Under the pieces are notes generated by a model that was not told the origin of the DNA, made no database searches, and was given only the letters and a program-made list of their open reading frames with translations. This document shows positions 50,201 through 59,440 of a stretch of DNA of 64,000 bases, piece after piece. The position numbers were made by a program, and so were the translations under genes. This stretch comes from Kiritimatiellia bacterium. GTDB lineage: Bacteria > Verrucomicrobiota > Kiritimatiellia > CAIKKV01. The stretch lies in the NCBI GenBank assembly GCA_046484345.1, contig JAWOJA010000088.1, positions 8,271 through 72,270 of the forward strand. The letters run 5' to 3'. Position 1 is the first letter of the stretch. Every line of letters begins with the position of its first letter.

Positions 50201-51827
50201 TCACTTGCGCGAAGAGCTGCTTAAAGTACCAGTACAGAAGCTGAGGTTTTTCGGACAACACGGCCAGCGGCTGATCGGCGCCCATCGAGCCCACAGGCTC
50301 CTGGGCCTTGGCGGCCATGGCGTCGAGTATCAGATCGCAATCTTCTCGGCTGTACCCGAAAAGAAGCTGGCGGGCGCGCAGGCTGGCGGTATCGGGGGTC
50401 ACGGCGCCAACGGCGTTGAAGAAACCGTGGATATCGATGCGGTTCTCCTCCACCCAGCGGCGGTACGGCTGGCGCCGGGCCAGGCGCATCTTGACCTCAT
50501 AATCCTTCATCAGCCGGCCGGTGGCGAGATCGGCCAGGATCATCTGCCCCGGCCGCAGCGCGCCTTTCTCCACGACGTCGGAGGCGGGGATGTCCAACAC
50601 CCCGGCCTCGGAGGCAAAGACCATAAAACCATTGCGGGTAACGGTGTAGCGGGCGGGCCGAAGGCCATTGCGGTCAAGCGTGGCGCCCACGAGCCGGCCG
50701 TCGGTGAAGGCCACGGCCGCAGGTCCGTCCCAGGGCTCCATCAGGCCGGCGTGATATTCGAAAAAGCCCCGCAAGTCGGGGCCCATCGGATATTTCACCC
50801 CCCAGGCCTGGGGCATGAGCATCAGCATGGCATGCTCGAGGGAGCGGCCCCCGAGGGTCAGCAGCTCGAGCGCGTTGTCCAGATTGCCCGAATCGCTGGT
50901 GGAGGCTTCCAGGATCGGCGACAGCTTGGCCGCATCGGCGCCAAAAAGGTCGGATTTCAAGTTCCGTTCGCGCGACTTCATCCAGTTGCGGTTGCCGCGC
51001 AGGGTGTTGATTTCGCCATTGTGGGCGAGGAACCGAAAGGGCTGCGCCAGGGGCCAGGAGGGAAAGGTGTTGGTGCTGTAACGCTGGTGCACCACCGCCA
51101 CGGCGCTGGCAAAGAGAGGGTCCCGCAGGTCCGGATAAAAGCCGGGCACCTGGGGGGCGGTCATCATCCCCTTATAAACCACGGTTTTGCAGGAAAGACT
51201 GGCGACGTAGAAACCGTCGGCCCCTTCTGGATCCAGCCCGGCCCGTTTTTCCACCTGCTTGCGCAGGACATACAAGCGGCGCTCCAGGGCATCGCCCGAC
51301 AGTTTTCCGCCCGCCACAAAACACTGCTCCACCACGGGCATGCAGGCTCGGGCGGTCTCGCCCACCGCCCCGGGGTCCACCGGCACGGTCCTCCAGCCCA
51401 GACACTCCAGGCCCGTTTCAGCCGCCACGGTTTCAACGAGCATCCGACAGTTCCGTCGAAGCACGGGATTTTGCGGCAAAAAGAGCATGCCGGCGCCATA
51501 GGAGCCGGCCCGCGGAAGGACGAAATCAAACGCCGCCGTGACCTTCCGGAAAAAGGCGTCCGGCACCTGCACCAGCAACCCCGCGCCGTCCCCGGTCTGC
51601 ACATCCGCCCCCGTGGCGCCCCGGTGCAGCAGGTTCACGAGAACCTCAATGCCCTTCTCCACGATCGCGTGCTCGGCGGTTCCGTTTAAGTTTAAAACAA
51701 ACCCGACACCGCAGGCGTCATGCTCGTTCTGAGGATCGTATAAGCCGGTCGCTTTCACTGTCCACGCTTCCTTTTTATCTCCCTGATATAAGAGCAGAGA
51801 ATGTGCCAAACCCTCTAATGTGCACAT
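47256..51827 (-). CDS. gltB: Glutamate synthase large subunit
   Basis: 1523 aa with the Ntn amidotransferase start ...HDACGVGFV, plus FMN/3Fe-4S central and GXGXG C-terminal domains. The exact start codon is uncertain. Confidence 0.95.
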   Translation of the reverse strand: MCTLEGLAHSLLLYQGDKKEAWTVKATGLYDPQNEHDACGVGFVLNLNGTAEHAIVEKGIEVLVNLLHRGATGADVQTGDGAGLLVQVPDAFFRKVTAAFDFVLPRAGSYGAGMLFLPQNPVLRRNCRMLVETVAAETGLECLGWRTVPVDPGAVGETARACMPVVEQCFVAGGKLSGDALERRLYVLRKQVEKRAGLDPEGADGFYVASLSCKTVVYKGMMTAPQVPGFYPDLRDPLFASAVAVVHQRYSTNTFPSWPLAQPFRFLAHNGEINTLRGNRNWMKSRERNLKSDLFGADAAKLSPILEASTSDSGNLDNALELLTLGGRSLEHAMLMLMPQAWGVKYPMGPDLRGFFEYHAGLMEPWDGPAAVAFTDGRLVGATLDRNGLRPARYTVTRNGFMVFASEAGVLDIPASDVVEKGALRPGQMILADLATGRLMKDYEVKMRLARRQPYRRWVEENRIDIHGFFNAVGAVTPDTASLRARQLLFGYSREDCDLILDAMAAKAQEPVGSMGADQPLAVLSEKPQLLYWYFKQLFAQVTNPPIDPIREELVMSLMTFIGNTDQILEEKPAYARLVKLKYPILSNEDLARIRALNLDDFRSVTLPAGFPLPAGGSELEQALERLCRDAEAAIRAGARIIVLSDRDLPADEAPIPALLAVSAVNQHLVRQGVRTRTSLLIETGEAREVMHLALLLGYGASAVNPYLAYESVADLALRGVLSAKLDVTTAIENYIKACCKGLLKIMSKMGISTLRSYRNAQVFEIVGLNSDVSGRFFTGTASRIGGIGLPEIAAEALARWRLAHHEKPELLPAGGQYRYRLDGERHLWTPETISLLQQATRTADRALYRKYADLINNQAERLSTLRGLFVFKPGPAVPLEEVESADSIVKRFVTGAMSFGSLSREAHETLAIAMNRLGGRSNSGEGGEDPARYKVLPNGDSRCSAVKQVASGRFGVTAEYLNNARELQIKIAQGAKPGEGGQLPGHKVDREIARVRHATPGVTLISPPPHHDIYSIEDIAQLIYDLKNANDEARVSVKLVSEVGVGTVAAGVAKAKADMILISGYDGGTGASPLSSIKHAGAPWELGLSETQQTLVLNGLRSRVRLQADGQMKTGRDVVVAALLGAEEFGFATAPLVVCGCVMMRKCHNNTCPVGVATQDPLLRKRYSGKPEYVIEFFRFIAEEVREWMAQLGFRTFDEMVGRSDRLDTNHAVTFWKARGLDFSRIFHQSPAGPRRCLQAQDHGLEQSLDYALLPRVQSAIAGGAPVRVDLSIRNVHRTVGAVISSRIARRYGQAGLAPDSITLAFTGAAGQSFGAFAARGLTLLLSGEANDYVGKGLSGGRIAIRPYPGAAYDPAHNVIAGNVLLYGATDGEVFVNGQVGERFCIRNSGATAVVEGCGDHGCEYMTGGRAVVLGPTGVNFAAGMSGGIAYVYDETGTFDSCCNLEMADLDLVLTAADERELRALLARHVECTGSPKAAALLGDWDNARIRFVKVFPMEYRRVLGQMMREDEATEREEVSRL

Positions 51828-51858
51828 TTATGTCAAAAAAGCGTGAAATATACCAAAT

Positions 51859-51867
51859 ATTATAACA
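51859..51867 (-). promoter_or_regulatory. Possible extended -10 promoter element for gltB
   Basis: The minus strand reads TGTTATAAT in the only AT-rich stretch upstream of gltB. No convincing -35 is present. If it is used, the gltB start codon must lie downstream of 51827. Confidence 0.2.
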
Positions 51868-52016
51868 AATTTGTCATGCTATCGGGTCCAAAGAAACAAT
51901 TTTGTAACAACAAAGCCCTACGCCTTAAGAAAGGCGTCGACCTTGCCAAACCGGAACCAACGCTGCGGCACGGCCGCGAGGTCATCTTGACGGAATTGGT
52001 CGCCCTTTTGCTCTCT

Positions 52017-53516
52017 TTACAATTTCCGCAAAAGCGGCTGTAAGGCGGGGAAAAGTTGCCGGTAAAGGGCCGCCCGCTCCCGGTACACGGCATGCCGCGC
52101 GGCATCGGGCTCAAACACGCGGTCACGGCGCACAAAAAGGCCGACCCCCTCGGCGGCGTTCGCATAGACGCCCGTCCCCAGCCCCGCCAGGATCGCCGCC
52201 CCGAGCACGCCGGCCTCGGTGATCGCCGGACGGATGAAGGGCACGCCAAAAATGTCGGCCTTGATCTGGAGCCACTTGTCCGATTTCGCCCCGCCGCCCG
52301 TCGCCGTGAACGACGAGGCGTCCGCGCCCAGCTCCCGCAACCCGGCGAGGCTGTCGACGAAATAGTAGGTCACGCTCTCGAGGATGCACTTGAATATCTC
52401 GCCGCGCGTTGTTCCCGTTTTAAGCCCGACAATCGCGCCGGCGGCGTCGGCCGTGAAATCCGGCGGGCCGGTCATTTCAAAATAGGGCAGCGCCAGCAGC
52501 CGCGTGGGCTCCACCGGCAGCTCGCCGTCGAGCTTCGCGTAGATCGGGCCGCCCGCGGCGTCCCGCTCGCCCGCCGCAAAGGTGTCGCGGAACCATTTCA
52601 CCAGCGTGCCGCCCTGGTTGTACAGGAAGGAGACGTAAAGCCCCGGCAGGACGTGGTGCTCGGTGTTCAGCCCGCGCGCCAGCATGGGCGCCGGCTCGGG
52701 GATCCGGTCGTAGGCGGGGGTGAGACATTCGAAGGAGCCGATCCCGCAAACCGCCTGACCGGACCGGCAGACGCCGGCGCCGAGCGCGTTGCAGCACTGG
52801 TCGTGCCCGCCGGCCACGATGGCCGTGCCGGCCGGCAGGCCGAGCTCGCGCGCCAGCGCGGCGCAGACCGTGCCGGTCACCGTGCCCGCGGGCACGCAGC
52901 GGCCCAGCTTCTCGCGCGAAAGCCCGGCCACGCGCAGCAGCTCGTCGGACCAGTCCCCGCGCCGCAGATCGAACAGCAGGGTGCGGCTGGCCAGCGAGTG
53001 GCAGGCAACCGCCTCGCCGCCGAGCAGGTAGCCCACGGCGTCGCCCCACAGCAGAAACTTGTCGGCCCGCTGGAACAGCTCCGGCTCGTGAACGCGATGC
53101 CACAGCAGCTTGGGCAAGGTGTAATTGGGGCCCAGGATATTGGCGTTGATGCGATAGAACTGCTCGGCCGTGTAGGCGCCCCGGACCGGCCCGAGCAACT
53201 CACCGCCGCGCGTGTCGCTGGACAGGATGCTGCGCCCCGCAATGCGGCGATCGCGGGTGAGCGGCACCACCGCCTCGCCCATGGAGCTGCAGCTGAGAGC
53301 GGAGACGGGATCGCCCGCGCCGGCCGCGCCGGCCGCCGCGCCGGCGATCACCGCCTTGACCGCCTCCCACACGGTGGTACTGTCCAGCTCGGAGCGGTCC
53401 GGCGCGGGGTGCAGGGTCGGATATTCCCGATAGACCGACGAAAGCGGCCGGCCGTCCGCCGAGAAGGCGGAGGCCTTGCAGCCCGTTGTTCCCACATCAA
53501 CGCCAAGCAGGCTCAT
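52017..53516 (-). CDS. FGGY-family carbohydrate kinase (xylulokinase/fuculokinase-like)
   Basis: 499 aa starting MSLLGVDVGTTGCKASAF, with FGGY N- and C-domain patterns. It overlaps the upstream isomerase gene by 4 bp. Confidence 0.9.
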   Translation of the reverse strand: MSLLGVDVGTTGCKASAFSADGRPLSSVYREYPTLHPAPDRSELDSTTVWEAVKAVIAGAAAGAAGAGDPVSALSCSSMGEAVVPLTRDRRIAGRSILSSDTRGGELLGPVRGAYTAEQFYRINANILGPNYTLPKLLWHRVHEPELFQRADKFLLWGDAVGYLLGGEAVACHSLASRTLLFDLRRGDWSDELLRVAGLSREKLGRCVPAGTVTGTVCAALARELGLPAGTAIVAGGHDQCCNALGAGVCRSGQAVCGIGSFECLTPAYDRIPEPAPMLARGLNTEHHVLPGLYVSFLYNQGGTLVKWFRDTFAAGERDAAGGPIYAKLDGELPVEPTRLLALPYFEMTGPPDFTADAAGAIVGLKTGTTRGEIFKCILESVTYYFVDSLAGLRELGADASSFTATGGGAKSDKWLQIKADIFGVPFIRPAITEAGVLGAAILAGLGTGVYANAAEGVGLFVRRDRVFEPDAARHAVYRERAALYRQLFPALQPLLRKL

Positions 53517-54919
53517 AGCGCCGTCACGTCGTAGCCCAGGTACTTCGTCATCGCCTCGCCCATGGGCGCGGCGGCCAGGCCGGCGGCAACGCTGACGTGG
53601 TGACGGTGGCCCTGGTAGCCGATGGTCTGAAGCTTGGCTTGCAGCCCGGGAATTTCCGCGACCCCGGCGCAGCCGAAAAAGTCGGCCGGCACGGGATCGG
53701 CGGTGAAGCGGCCCTCGCCGAGGTAACAGCAGAGCTTGCCGTCACGGGTGAGCAGGCTGCCGAAGGTGATGGGATTCGGGGCGATCCGCCCCACGTTGCA
53801 GCCGAACGCCTTGCCCTTGCCCACCGCATTGGCGAGGATGGCGTGATCCTGGATCTCGCCGCGGGAAATCATCAGGCTGGAGGGAACCGGCCCGCAGTGG
53901 AAGAGAATGCACTTGTCGGCCTCGTCCCCGTAGTTGTTGTTCCAGTCGAGGCAGGTCGGGGCCCCGCCCGTGGCGAGATGCAGCGCGCGCATCATGATCG
54001 CGTTGCCGACATCCACCTCGCAGGCGGTCGGAATGCCGCGTTCATTCATTTCGGAGAGCAACACGCAGGGCGAAATGCCGAGTTGCTGCTGCATTTCGAC
54101 CCAGCAGCGTACGGCCAGGCAATCGAGCCCGTCCTGCTCCACCAGCCGGTCGAGCGTCACGCCAAGCCGCACGATCTGGTCCACGGCGCGCGCGGGCACG
54201 CCCTTCCAGCAGGTGTAGGCGCCCAGCGTTTTAGCCTTTGCCTTCAGCGCGGAATCGCCCGCCTTGAGCGCCGCCATGGCGGCGAACACGGAGGAGAGGT
54301 CGTAGGTCTCCATCGTAATTCCATGTTTCTGCAGGGCGATTTCGTCGATCCGCACGGTTTTGAACGCCGTGGTGCGGGCCCCGACCGATCCGACGGTGAA
54401 GCGCTTGAGTCCGCCGGCCACGCGGCACAGCCGGTCGAAGTAATCAAGCTGGGCGGCAAAGGCCGGGCTGCCGGGGTGGGCGGTGTGCGGAGGCAGCACG
54501 GTGAAGGGCAACCCGTATTGCGCGAACACGTCCATGATGGAAAACTTGCCGCAGAACGCGTCGCGCCGCACGGCCGGGGCCATCTTGGCGAGCTCGTCCG
54601 GATAGGCCTGGACCAGGATCGGGACGCCACAATCGCGCAGCGCGGCAATGGCGCCGGTCTCGTCGCCAAAGTTGGGCAGGCACAGAATGACGCCGCCGAA
54701 CTTGCCTTTGTTTTTGGCCAGGAAGGCGGCATACTTGTCGCCTTCGGCGGGGGTTTCCACCGCGCCGTGGCGGGTGGCATCGGCCTCCATCATGAGCGCC
54801 TTATAGCCGCGGGCCTTGAGCACGGCGGTCATTTCCGCGCGCGCGCCGACCTGTAGCGAAGCGGGGAAAAACCCGCGATTGCCGAAAAACACCGCGAACG
54901 TCGTCTTTTCAACCTTCAT
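53513..54919 (-). CDS. L-fucose/L-arabinose isomerase-family sugar isomerase
   Basis: 468 aa with N-terminal FAVFFGNRGFFP...LPNFGDETG and a C-terminal barrel pattern typical of the FucI/AraA superfamily. Substrate unknown. Confidence 0.8.
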   Translation of the reverse strand: MKVEKTTFAVFFGNRGFFPASLQVGARAEMTAVLKARGYKALMMEADATRHGAVETPAEGDKYAAFLAKNKGKFGGVILCLPNFGDETGAIAALRDCGVPILVQAYPDELAKMAPAVRRDAFCGKFSIMDVFAQYGLPFTVLPPHTAHPGSPAFAAQLDYFDRLCRVAGGLKRFTVGSVGARTTAFKTVRIDEIALQKHGITMETYDLSSVFAAMAALKAGDSALKAKAKTLGAYTCWKGVPARAVDQIVRLGVTLDRLVEQDGLDCLAVRCWVEMQQQLGISPCVLLSEMNERGIPTACEVDVGNAIMMRALHLATGGAPTCLDWNNNYGDEADKCILFHCGPVPSSLMISRGEIQDHAILANAVGKGKAFGCNVGRIAPNPITFGSLLTRDGKLCCYLGEGRFTADPVPADFFGCAGVAEIPGLQAKLQTIGYQGHRHHVSVAAGLAAAPMGEAMTKYLGYDVTAL

Positions 54920-54941
54920 GTCCGTCTCCTTGGATATCTTG

Positions 54942-55862
54942 TTAAGCGTTTAAAGCGGTTCCCAGCCGATCGGCCGATCCCATCATCTGCAACTCGTCGC
55001 GGATCACGGCGCGGGCGGCCTCCGCCGTGCGCCGATACGCCTCCGCGGCCGATACGGCGACGCCGGCCTCGTAGGCCTGGCGCAGCGTGGTGCCGACGTT
55101 GATTTTCGCGATGCCGTGGCGGATGCCCGCCTGAATGGATTCCGGGCGGATGCCGGAGCCGCCGTGAAGCACGAGGGGCAGGCCGGGGCAGGCCGCGCGG
55201 ATGCGGTCAAGCTGCTCAATGGCAACGCGGGCTTGAACCTTCTTCTCGCTTTTGGCCGCCCCGCTGATGGCCCCGTGAATGTTGCCCACGGCCACGGAGA
55301 GCCAATCGACGCCGGTTTCCGCGACAAACCGCCTGGCCTCGGCGGGATCGGTGAACCCGCGGCCGGAAAGAAACAGCTCCTCGTAGGGCGGCAGGGGGCC
55401 GGCCTCGTGGCCGAGCACGGCGCCCAGCTCGGCCTCGATGGGCAGGCCGGCCACATGGGCCATGCGCACGGCCTTGGCCGTCTCGGTAATATTGGCTTCC
55501 AGCGACAGGCGCGAACCGTCGATCATAAGCGACTCGTACCCCAGGGCGATGGCCTCGGCCAGGATGGCCTCGACGTCCACGGAGAGATTGTCCTCGTCGA
55601 TCACCGGCACGTGGTCGAGGTGCAGCCGGGTGAAACGTTCGTCTTTGCAGGCGGCGTAGGTGTCGCGGATGGCCTTGAGGCTGCCGGACTTGAACTTCAT
55701 CCACTCCAACCGGGCCACCTGGATGAGGCCGAAACAGCGGGTATCGCGCAGCGCCTCCACAACCGGCTCCATCATGGGCAGGTGGGGAATGTTGAAGGCT
55801 GGAACCACCAGGCTCTGCCGGGCGGCTTGAAGCACAATTTCGCGGGTCGAGAGTCGGGCCAT
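54942..55862 (-). CDS. Class II ketose-bisphosphate aldolase (FBA/tagatose-bisphosphate aldolase family)
   Basis: The likely start is MARLSTREIVLQAARQSLVVPAFNI at 55862. Motifs are LHLDHV, AELG and LVLHGGSG. Confidence 0.9.
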   Translation of the reverse strand: MARLSTREIVLQAARQSLVVPAFNIPHLPMMEPVVEALRDTRCFGLIQVARLEWMKFKSGSLKAIRDTYAACKDERFTRLHLDHVPVIDEDNLSVDVEAILAEAIALGYESLMIDGSRLSLEANITETAKAVRMAHVAGLPIEAELGAVLGHEAGPLPPYEELFLSGRGFTDPAEARRFVAETGVDWLSVAVGNIHGAISGAAKSEKKVQARVAIEQLDRIRAACPGLPLVLHGGSGIRPESIQAGIRHGIAKINVGTTLRQAYEAGVAVSAAEAYRRTAEAARAVIRDELQMMGSADRLGTALNA

Positions 55863-55942
55863 GGGAAACCTTTCATTGCAGATATAAAACGGAATAATAG
55901 CCTTGGGAAAGGGCAAATGCAAGCGGTCCCGCTCGCGCCCGT

Positions 55943-56143
55943 TTGCGCGTCGTTTTTTGCCAAGATCCAGCTGCGGGTGCCGGCCGGCCGGGCGTTTTTG
56001 TGACCGGCGGCTACGACTGGCTCCACTCGGGCCATGTTCGCTTTTTCGAGGAATGCGCCGGCCGCGCGAAGGCCTTCCGCAACGGCAAAGCCCGGTTCTG
56101 CGGGGATTTTAAGGAGTCCCCGAGAAAGAACGCCAAGCGGTGA
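55943..56143 (+). pseudogene. Truncated cytidylyltransferase-family (HxGH) gene fragment
   Basis: The 66-aa ORF contains VFVTGGYDWLHSGHVRFFEE, the nucleotidyltransferase (T/H)xGH N-terminal signature. It terminates about 45 aa later and runs into the 3' end of the convergent lipoprotein gene. Full-length family members are about 130-160 aa. Confidence 0.35.
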
Positions 56144-56582
56144 AGCCGCTCTTCTGTCCGTCGGCCCCGACGCTTCGCACCGCCCAGCGGTATTGCGTCC
56201 AGGCCGGGTTGAGGCTGTAGGAAAACTCGAAAGCGTCGGTCACGGGATTCGCCGCCGCCTGCCACCCGCCCGACCCGAGCCCCTGGATCGCCAGCTCGAA
56301 CTCCACGGCGCCCTGGGCGTCCGTCCAAACCAGGGTGACCTTCGACCCGGAAACCGTTTCATTGTTGCCGGGCGAGAGCAACGTCGGCACCCCGGGTGCG
56401 GCGGTCCGGTCGGTCGGCTCGTCGGTATCCGGATTCTGGTTGGCTCCGCCGGTGTCCTTTCCGGTGCCGGTATTGCCCGTCGGCGTGCTGGAGTCGGACG
56501 AACTGCTCGGGCTCTTCTCATCCCCGATTTCCAATTCGCAGGCGGAAAGAAAGAGCGCAGCGCCCAGCGCGAGGACCGGCAT
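56109..56582 (-). CDS. Lipoprotein with a Ser/Thr/Gly-rich linker and a beta-sandwich-like C-terminal domain
   Basis: The likely start is MPVLALGAALFLSAC (lipobox LSAC) at 56582. A low-complexity linker SSSSDSSTPTGNTGTGKDTGG follows, then LLSPGNNETVSGSKVTLVWTDAQGAVEFELAIQ... (FN3/Ig-like). Confidence 0.6.
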   Translation of the reverse strand: MPVLALGAALFLSACELEIGDEKSPSSSSDSSTPTGNTGTGKDTGGANQNPDTDEPTDRTAAPGVPTLLSPGNNETVSGSKVTLVWTDAQGAVEFELAIQGLGSGGWQAAANPVTDAFEFSYSLNPAWTQYRWAVRSVGADGQKSGFTAWRSFSGTP

Positions 56583-56711
56583 GCCGCAAACCCGATAGAA
56601 GATTGTAATAGTCATGGGGAACTCCTTTAATATTTTATAATACCGAAAACGAATAAAGCCTGCAAACTTTCCGTGCTTTTCATTCCGTTCCCATTCCCCT
56701 ATGATCCCCGC

Positions 56712-57623
56712 ATGAAAGCCGCGCTCATCCTCCTGCTCACCGCCCTGGCGATCGGCTGCGGCCCGTCGGAGCGCGCCGCCGACACCGGCCCCCTACACGT
56801 GGCCGCAACCACGGCCATCGTGGGCGATGTGGTCCGCGTCGTGGGGGGCCCCGACATCCGGCTCACCGTCCTGCTGCCCCCGGGGCAGGATCCGCACGCC
56901 TTCAATCCGGCCCCCGCCGAGTTGGCCGCCCTGACCCGGGCCCGCGTGCTCTTTGCCAACGGACTGGGATTGGAGCCCTTCCTGCCGCGACTCCCCAAGG
57001 GGCCCCCTGTCGTCGAACTCTCCGGAACCCTCTCCGCGCGCGAACTCCACGACTCACACCCCGCCGACGGGCATGAGGAGCATGCCCCCAGTGATCGCGA
57101 CCCGCACGTCTGGTTCAACCCGCTGCACGTGGCCACCTGGACAGATGCCATCCGCGACTCCCTCACGGCCTACGACCCGGACCACGCGGCGGATTACGCC
57201 TCCCGCGCGGCGGCCTACCGGGACGAGCTGGTGGCGCTCGACGCCTGGATCCGCGAGCAGACCGCCCGGCTGCCGCCCGAAAGGCGCCGGCTCGTGGCCG
57301 ATCATGCCGTGCTGGGCTATTTCGCCGACCGCTACGGCTTCACCCTCCCGGGCGTTCTCGTGCCCAGCTTCAGCACGGCCGCCGAACCCTCGGCCCGGGA
57401 TCTCGCCGCTCTGGAGGACGCGATCCGCGCCCAGGGCATCCCCGCCATTTTCATCACCCGCACGGTTTCGCCCGCCCTGGCCGAACGCGTGGCGAACGAC
57501 ACCGGCGTGAAACTGGAATTTTTCTACGACGGCACGCTCAGCCCGGCCGGGGGACCCGCCTCCACCTATCTCGATTTCATGCGGCACAACGTGACGGTTT
57601 TCATCAACGCCCTCAAGGAGTAG
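56712..57623 (+). CDS. Metal (Zn/Mn) ABC transporter substrate-binding lipoprotein, ZnuA/TroA family
   Basis: Starts MKAALILLLTALAIGCG (lipobox). It has DPHAF and DPHVWFNP metal-ligand motifs. A His/acidic loop HDSHPADGHEEHAPSDRD favours zinc. Confidence 0.9.
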   Translation: MKAALILLLTALAIGCGPSERAADTGPLHVAATTAIVGDVVRVVGGPDIRLTVLLPPGQDPHAFNPAPAELAALTRARVLFANGLGLEPFLPRLPKGPPVVELSGTLSARELHDSHPADGHEEHAPSDRDPHVWFNPLHVATWTDAIRDSLTAYDPDHAADYASRAAAYRDELVALDAWIREQTARLPPERRRLVADHAVLGYFADRYGFTLPGVLVPSFSTAAEPSARDLAALEDAIRAQGIPAIFITRTVSPALAERVANDTGVKLEFFYDGTLSPAGGPASTYLDFMRHNVTVFINALKE

Positions 57624-57625
57624 CC

Positions 57626-58429
57626 GTGCTGCGCCAACCCCACACGCCCCACGACCCCGAAGCCGCCGACCTGGAGTTGGAGGGCGTGGAGCTCCGGTAT
57701 GGCACGATCCCGGCGCTCGAAGCCGTCTCCTTCCGCGTCGAGGCCGGCGAGCGCATGGCCGTCATCGGCCCCAACGGTGCGGGCAAAAGCACCCTTTTCA
57801 AGGCGATTTCGGGGCTGATGCACCCGACCGCCGGCCGCATCCGCGTCGGCGGCAGCCACCCCGCCCTGCACACCTGCATCGCCTACCTCGCCCAGCGCAG
57901 CGATGTGGACTGGCATTTCCCGATCACCGTGCTCGAGGCCGTCCTGATGGGGCGCATCGGGCGCATCGGCCTGTTCCGGCATGCCGGCCGGAAGGACCGG
58001 CAAATCGCGTCCGACTGCCTGGCCACCGTGGGGCTGGCGGACCTGGCGCGCCGGCGGATCGACGAGCTCTCCGGCGGCCAGCAGCAGCGGATGTTCATCG
58101 CCCGCGCTTTGGCGCAGGAGGCCGGCATCATGCTCATGGACGAGCCCTTCGCGGGGCTGGACGCGCCGGCGCGGGAGGATATTTTCACCATTCTCGACGA
58201 TCTTAAAAAAAGGAACGTGGCCGTGCTGGTGGCCCTGCACGACCTGCACCTGGCCGCCACCCGGTTCGACCGCGTGCTGCTGCTGAACCGCCGGATCATC
58301 GCCGCCGGTCCGGCCCGCGATGTGCTGACCCCGCCGCGGCTCGAGGCGGCCTACGGCGGACGGCTCCACGTGGTGCAAACGGCGGACGGCCATGTTATCT
58401 TCACCGACTCCTGCTGCGAGGGGGGCTGA
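57626..58429 (+). CDS. Metal ABC transporter ATP-binding protein (ZnuC/TroB-like)
   Basis: Walker A GPNGAGKST, signature LSGGQQQR and Walker B IMLMDEP. It starts with GTG. Confidence 0.9.
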   Translation: MLRQPHTPHDPEAADLELEGVELRYGTIPALEAVSFRVEAGERMAVIGPNGAGKSTLFKAISGLMHPTAGRIRVGGSHPALHTCIAYLAQRSDVDWHFPITVLEAVLMGRIGRIGLFRHAGRKDRQIASDCLATVGLADLARRRIDELSGGQQQRMFIARALAQEAGIMLMDEPFAGLDAPAREDIFTILDDLKKRNVAVLVALHDLHLAATRFDRVLLLNRRIIAAGPARDVLTPPRLEAAYGGRLHVVQTADGHVIFTDSCCEGG

Positions 58430-58431
58430 TC

Positions 58432-59286
58432 ATGGTGGATTTTCTCAACCTGCTCGCCGAACCCCTTCAATACGGCTTCATGCTGCGCGGCATGGCCGCG
58501 GCCGTCCTGGTGGGGGTGCTGTGCGCCCTCATCGGCACCTTTGTGATCCTGCGCGGCATGGCCTTCCTGGGAGACGCGCTCTCCCACGCGATCCTGCCCG
58601 GGGTGGCCGCCGGCCTGCTGCTCGGCGGGGGCAGAACCTCCTTGTTTCTCTGGGCCCTCGCCACGGCCCTGGCCGCCTCGTTCGGCATCGGCTTCGTCCA
58701 GCGCCGGGCCCGGATCAAGGAGGACGCCGCCATCGGGATCGTCTTTTCCGGCCTCTTCGCGCTCGGCGTGGCCATCCTCTCGGCGCAGCGCAGCATGAGC
58801 ACGGACATCACCCACATCCTGTTCGGCAACGTCCTGGCGGTCGGGCCGGGCGACCTGGGCCTGATCCTTGGCTTCGCCGTTGCCGTGCTGCTGGTCCTGG
58901 CGCTCTTCTACAAGGAGCTGGTGCTGGTGACCTTTGACGAGACGTTCGCCGTGACGCTGCGCCTGCCGGCGGCCTTCCTCACCTACCTGCTGCTCGGGCT
59001 CACGGCGGTGACCACGGTCGTCTCGCTGCAGACCGTGGGGGTGACGCTCGTGCTGGCACTGCTGGTGGCGCCCGCGGCAACCGGGTTCCTGCTGGCCCGC
59101 CGGCTGCCGGGCATCATGGTCGCGGCCGCCATCTGCGGGGCGGTCTCCGGGGTCGCCGGCCTGTACCTGTCGTATTACCTCGGCATCGCCTCGGGCGCCG
59201 CCATCGTGCTGGTCAGCGTGGGGCTCTTCGCCGTGACCCTCGTTTTCGCCCCCGCCCGCGGCCGCCGGATGTTCGTTACAAGCTGA
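58432..59286 (+). CDS. Metal ABC transporter permease (ZnuB/TroC-like)
   Basis: 284 aa, about 8 TM, with an ABC-3 family pattern (FMLRGMAAAVLVGVLCALIGTFVILRGMAFLGDALSHAILPG). Confidence 0.9.
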   Translation: MVDFLNLLAEPLQYGFMLRGMAAAVLVGVLCALIGTFVILRGMAFLGDALSHAILPGVAAGLLLGGGRTSLFLWALATALAASFGIGFVQRRARIKEDAAIGIVFSGLFALGVAILSAQRSMSTDITHILFGNVLAVGPGDLGLILGFAVAVLLVLALFYKELVLVTFDETFAVTLRLPAAFLTYLLLGLTAVTTVVSLQTVGVTLVLALLVAPAATGFLLARRLPGIMVAAAICGAVSGVAGLYLSYYLGIASGAAIVLVSVGLFAVTLVFAPARGRRMFVTS

Positions 59287-59440
59287 TTCTCGCGCGCGGT
59301 ACGGGATGGTGAGCGGCCAGGATCAGCAGCCCGCACAGCCTTTTAAGATTCCGCCTATTTCTTAAATGCGATTCAACAGAGCCGGCTTGCTTTGAAACTG
59401 CAACAGCTCTAGACTGCTATCGTAGCAAAGGAGATAGACC

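Noticed and set aside
48588-51689. 1033-aa + strand ORF (and 47418..48527)
   Set aside because: It is the antisense shadow of gltB, a high-GC artefact.
56616-56711. Zur/MntR operator in the AT-rich divergent region upstream of the metal ABC transporter
   Set aside because: The stretch TAATATTTTATAATA is AT-rich and contains a TATAAT hexamer. It is not a convincing palindrome matching the Zur-box consensus, so the evidence is too weak to call.
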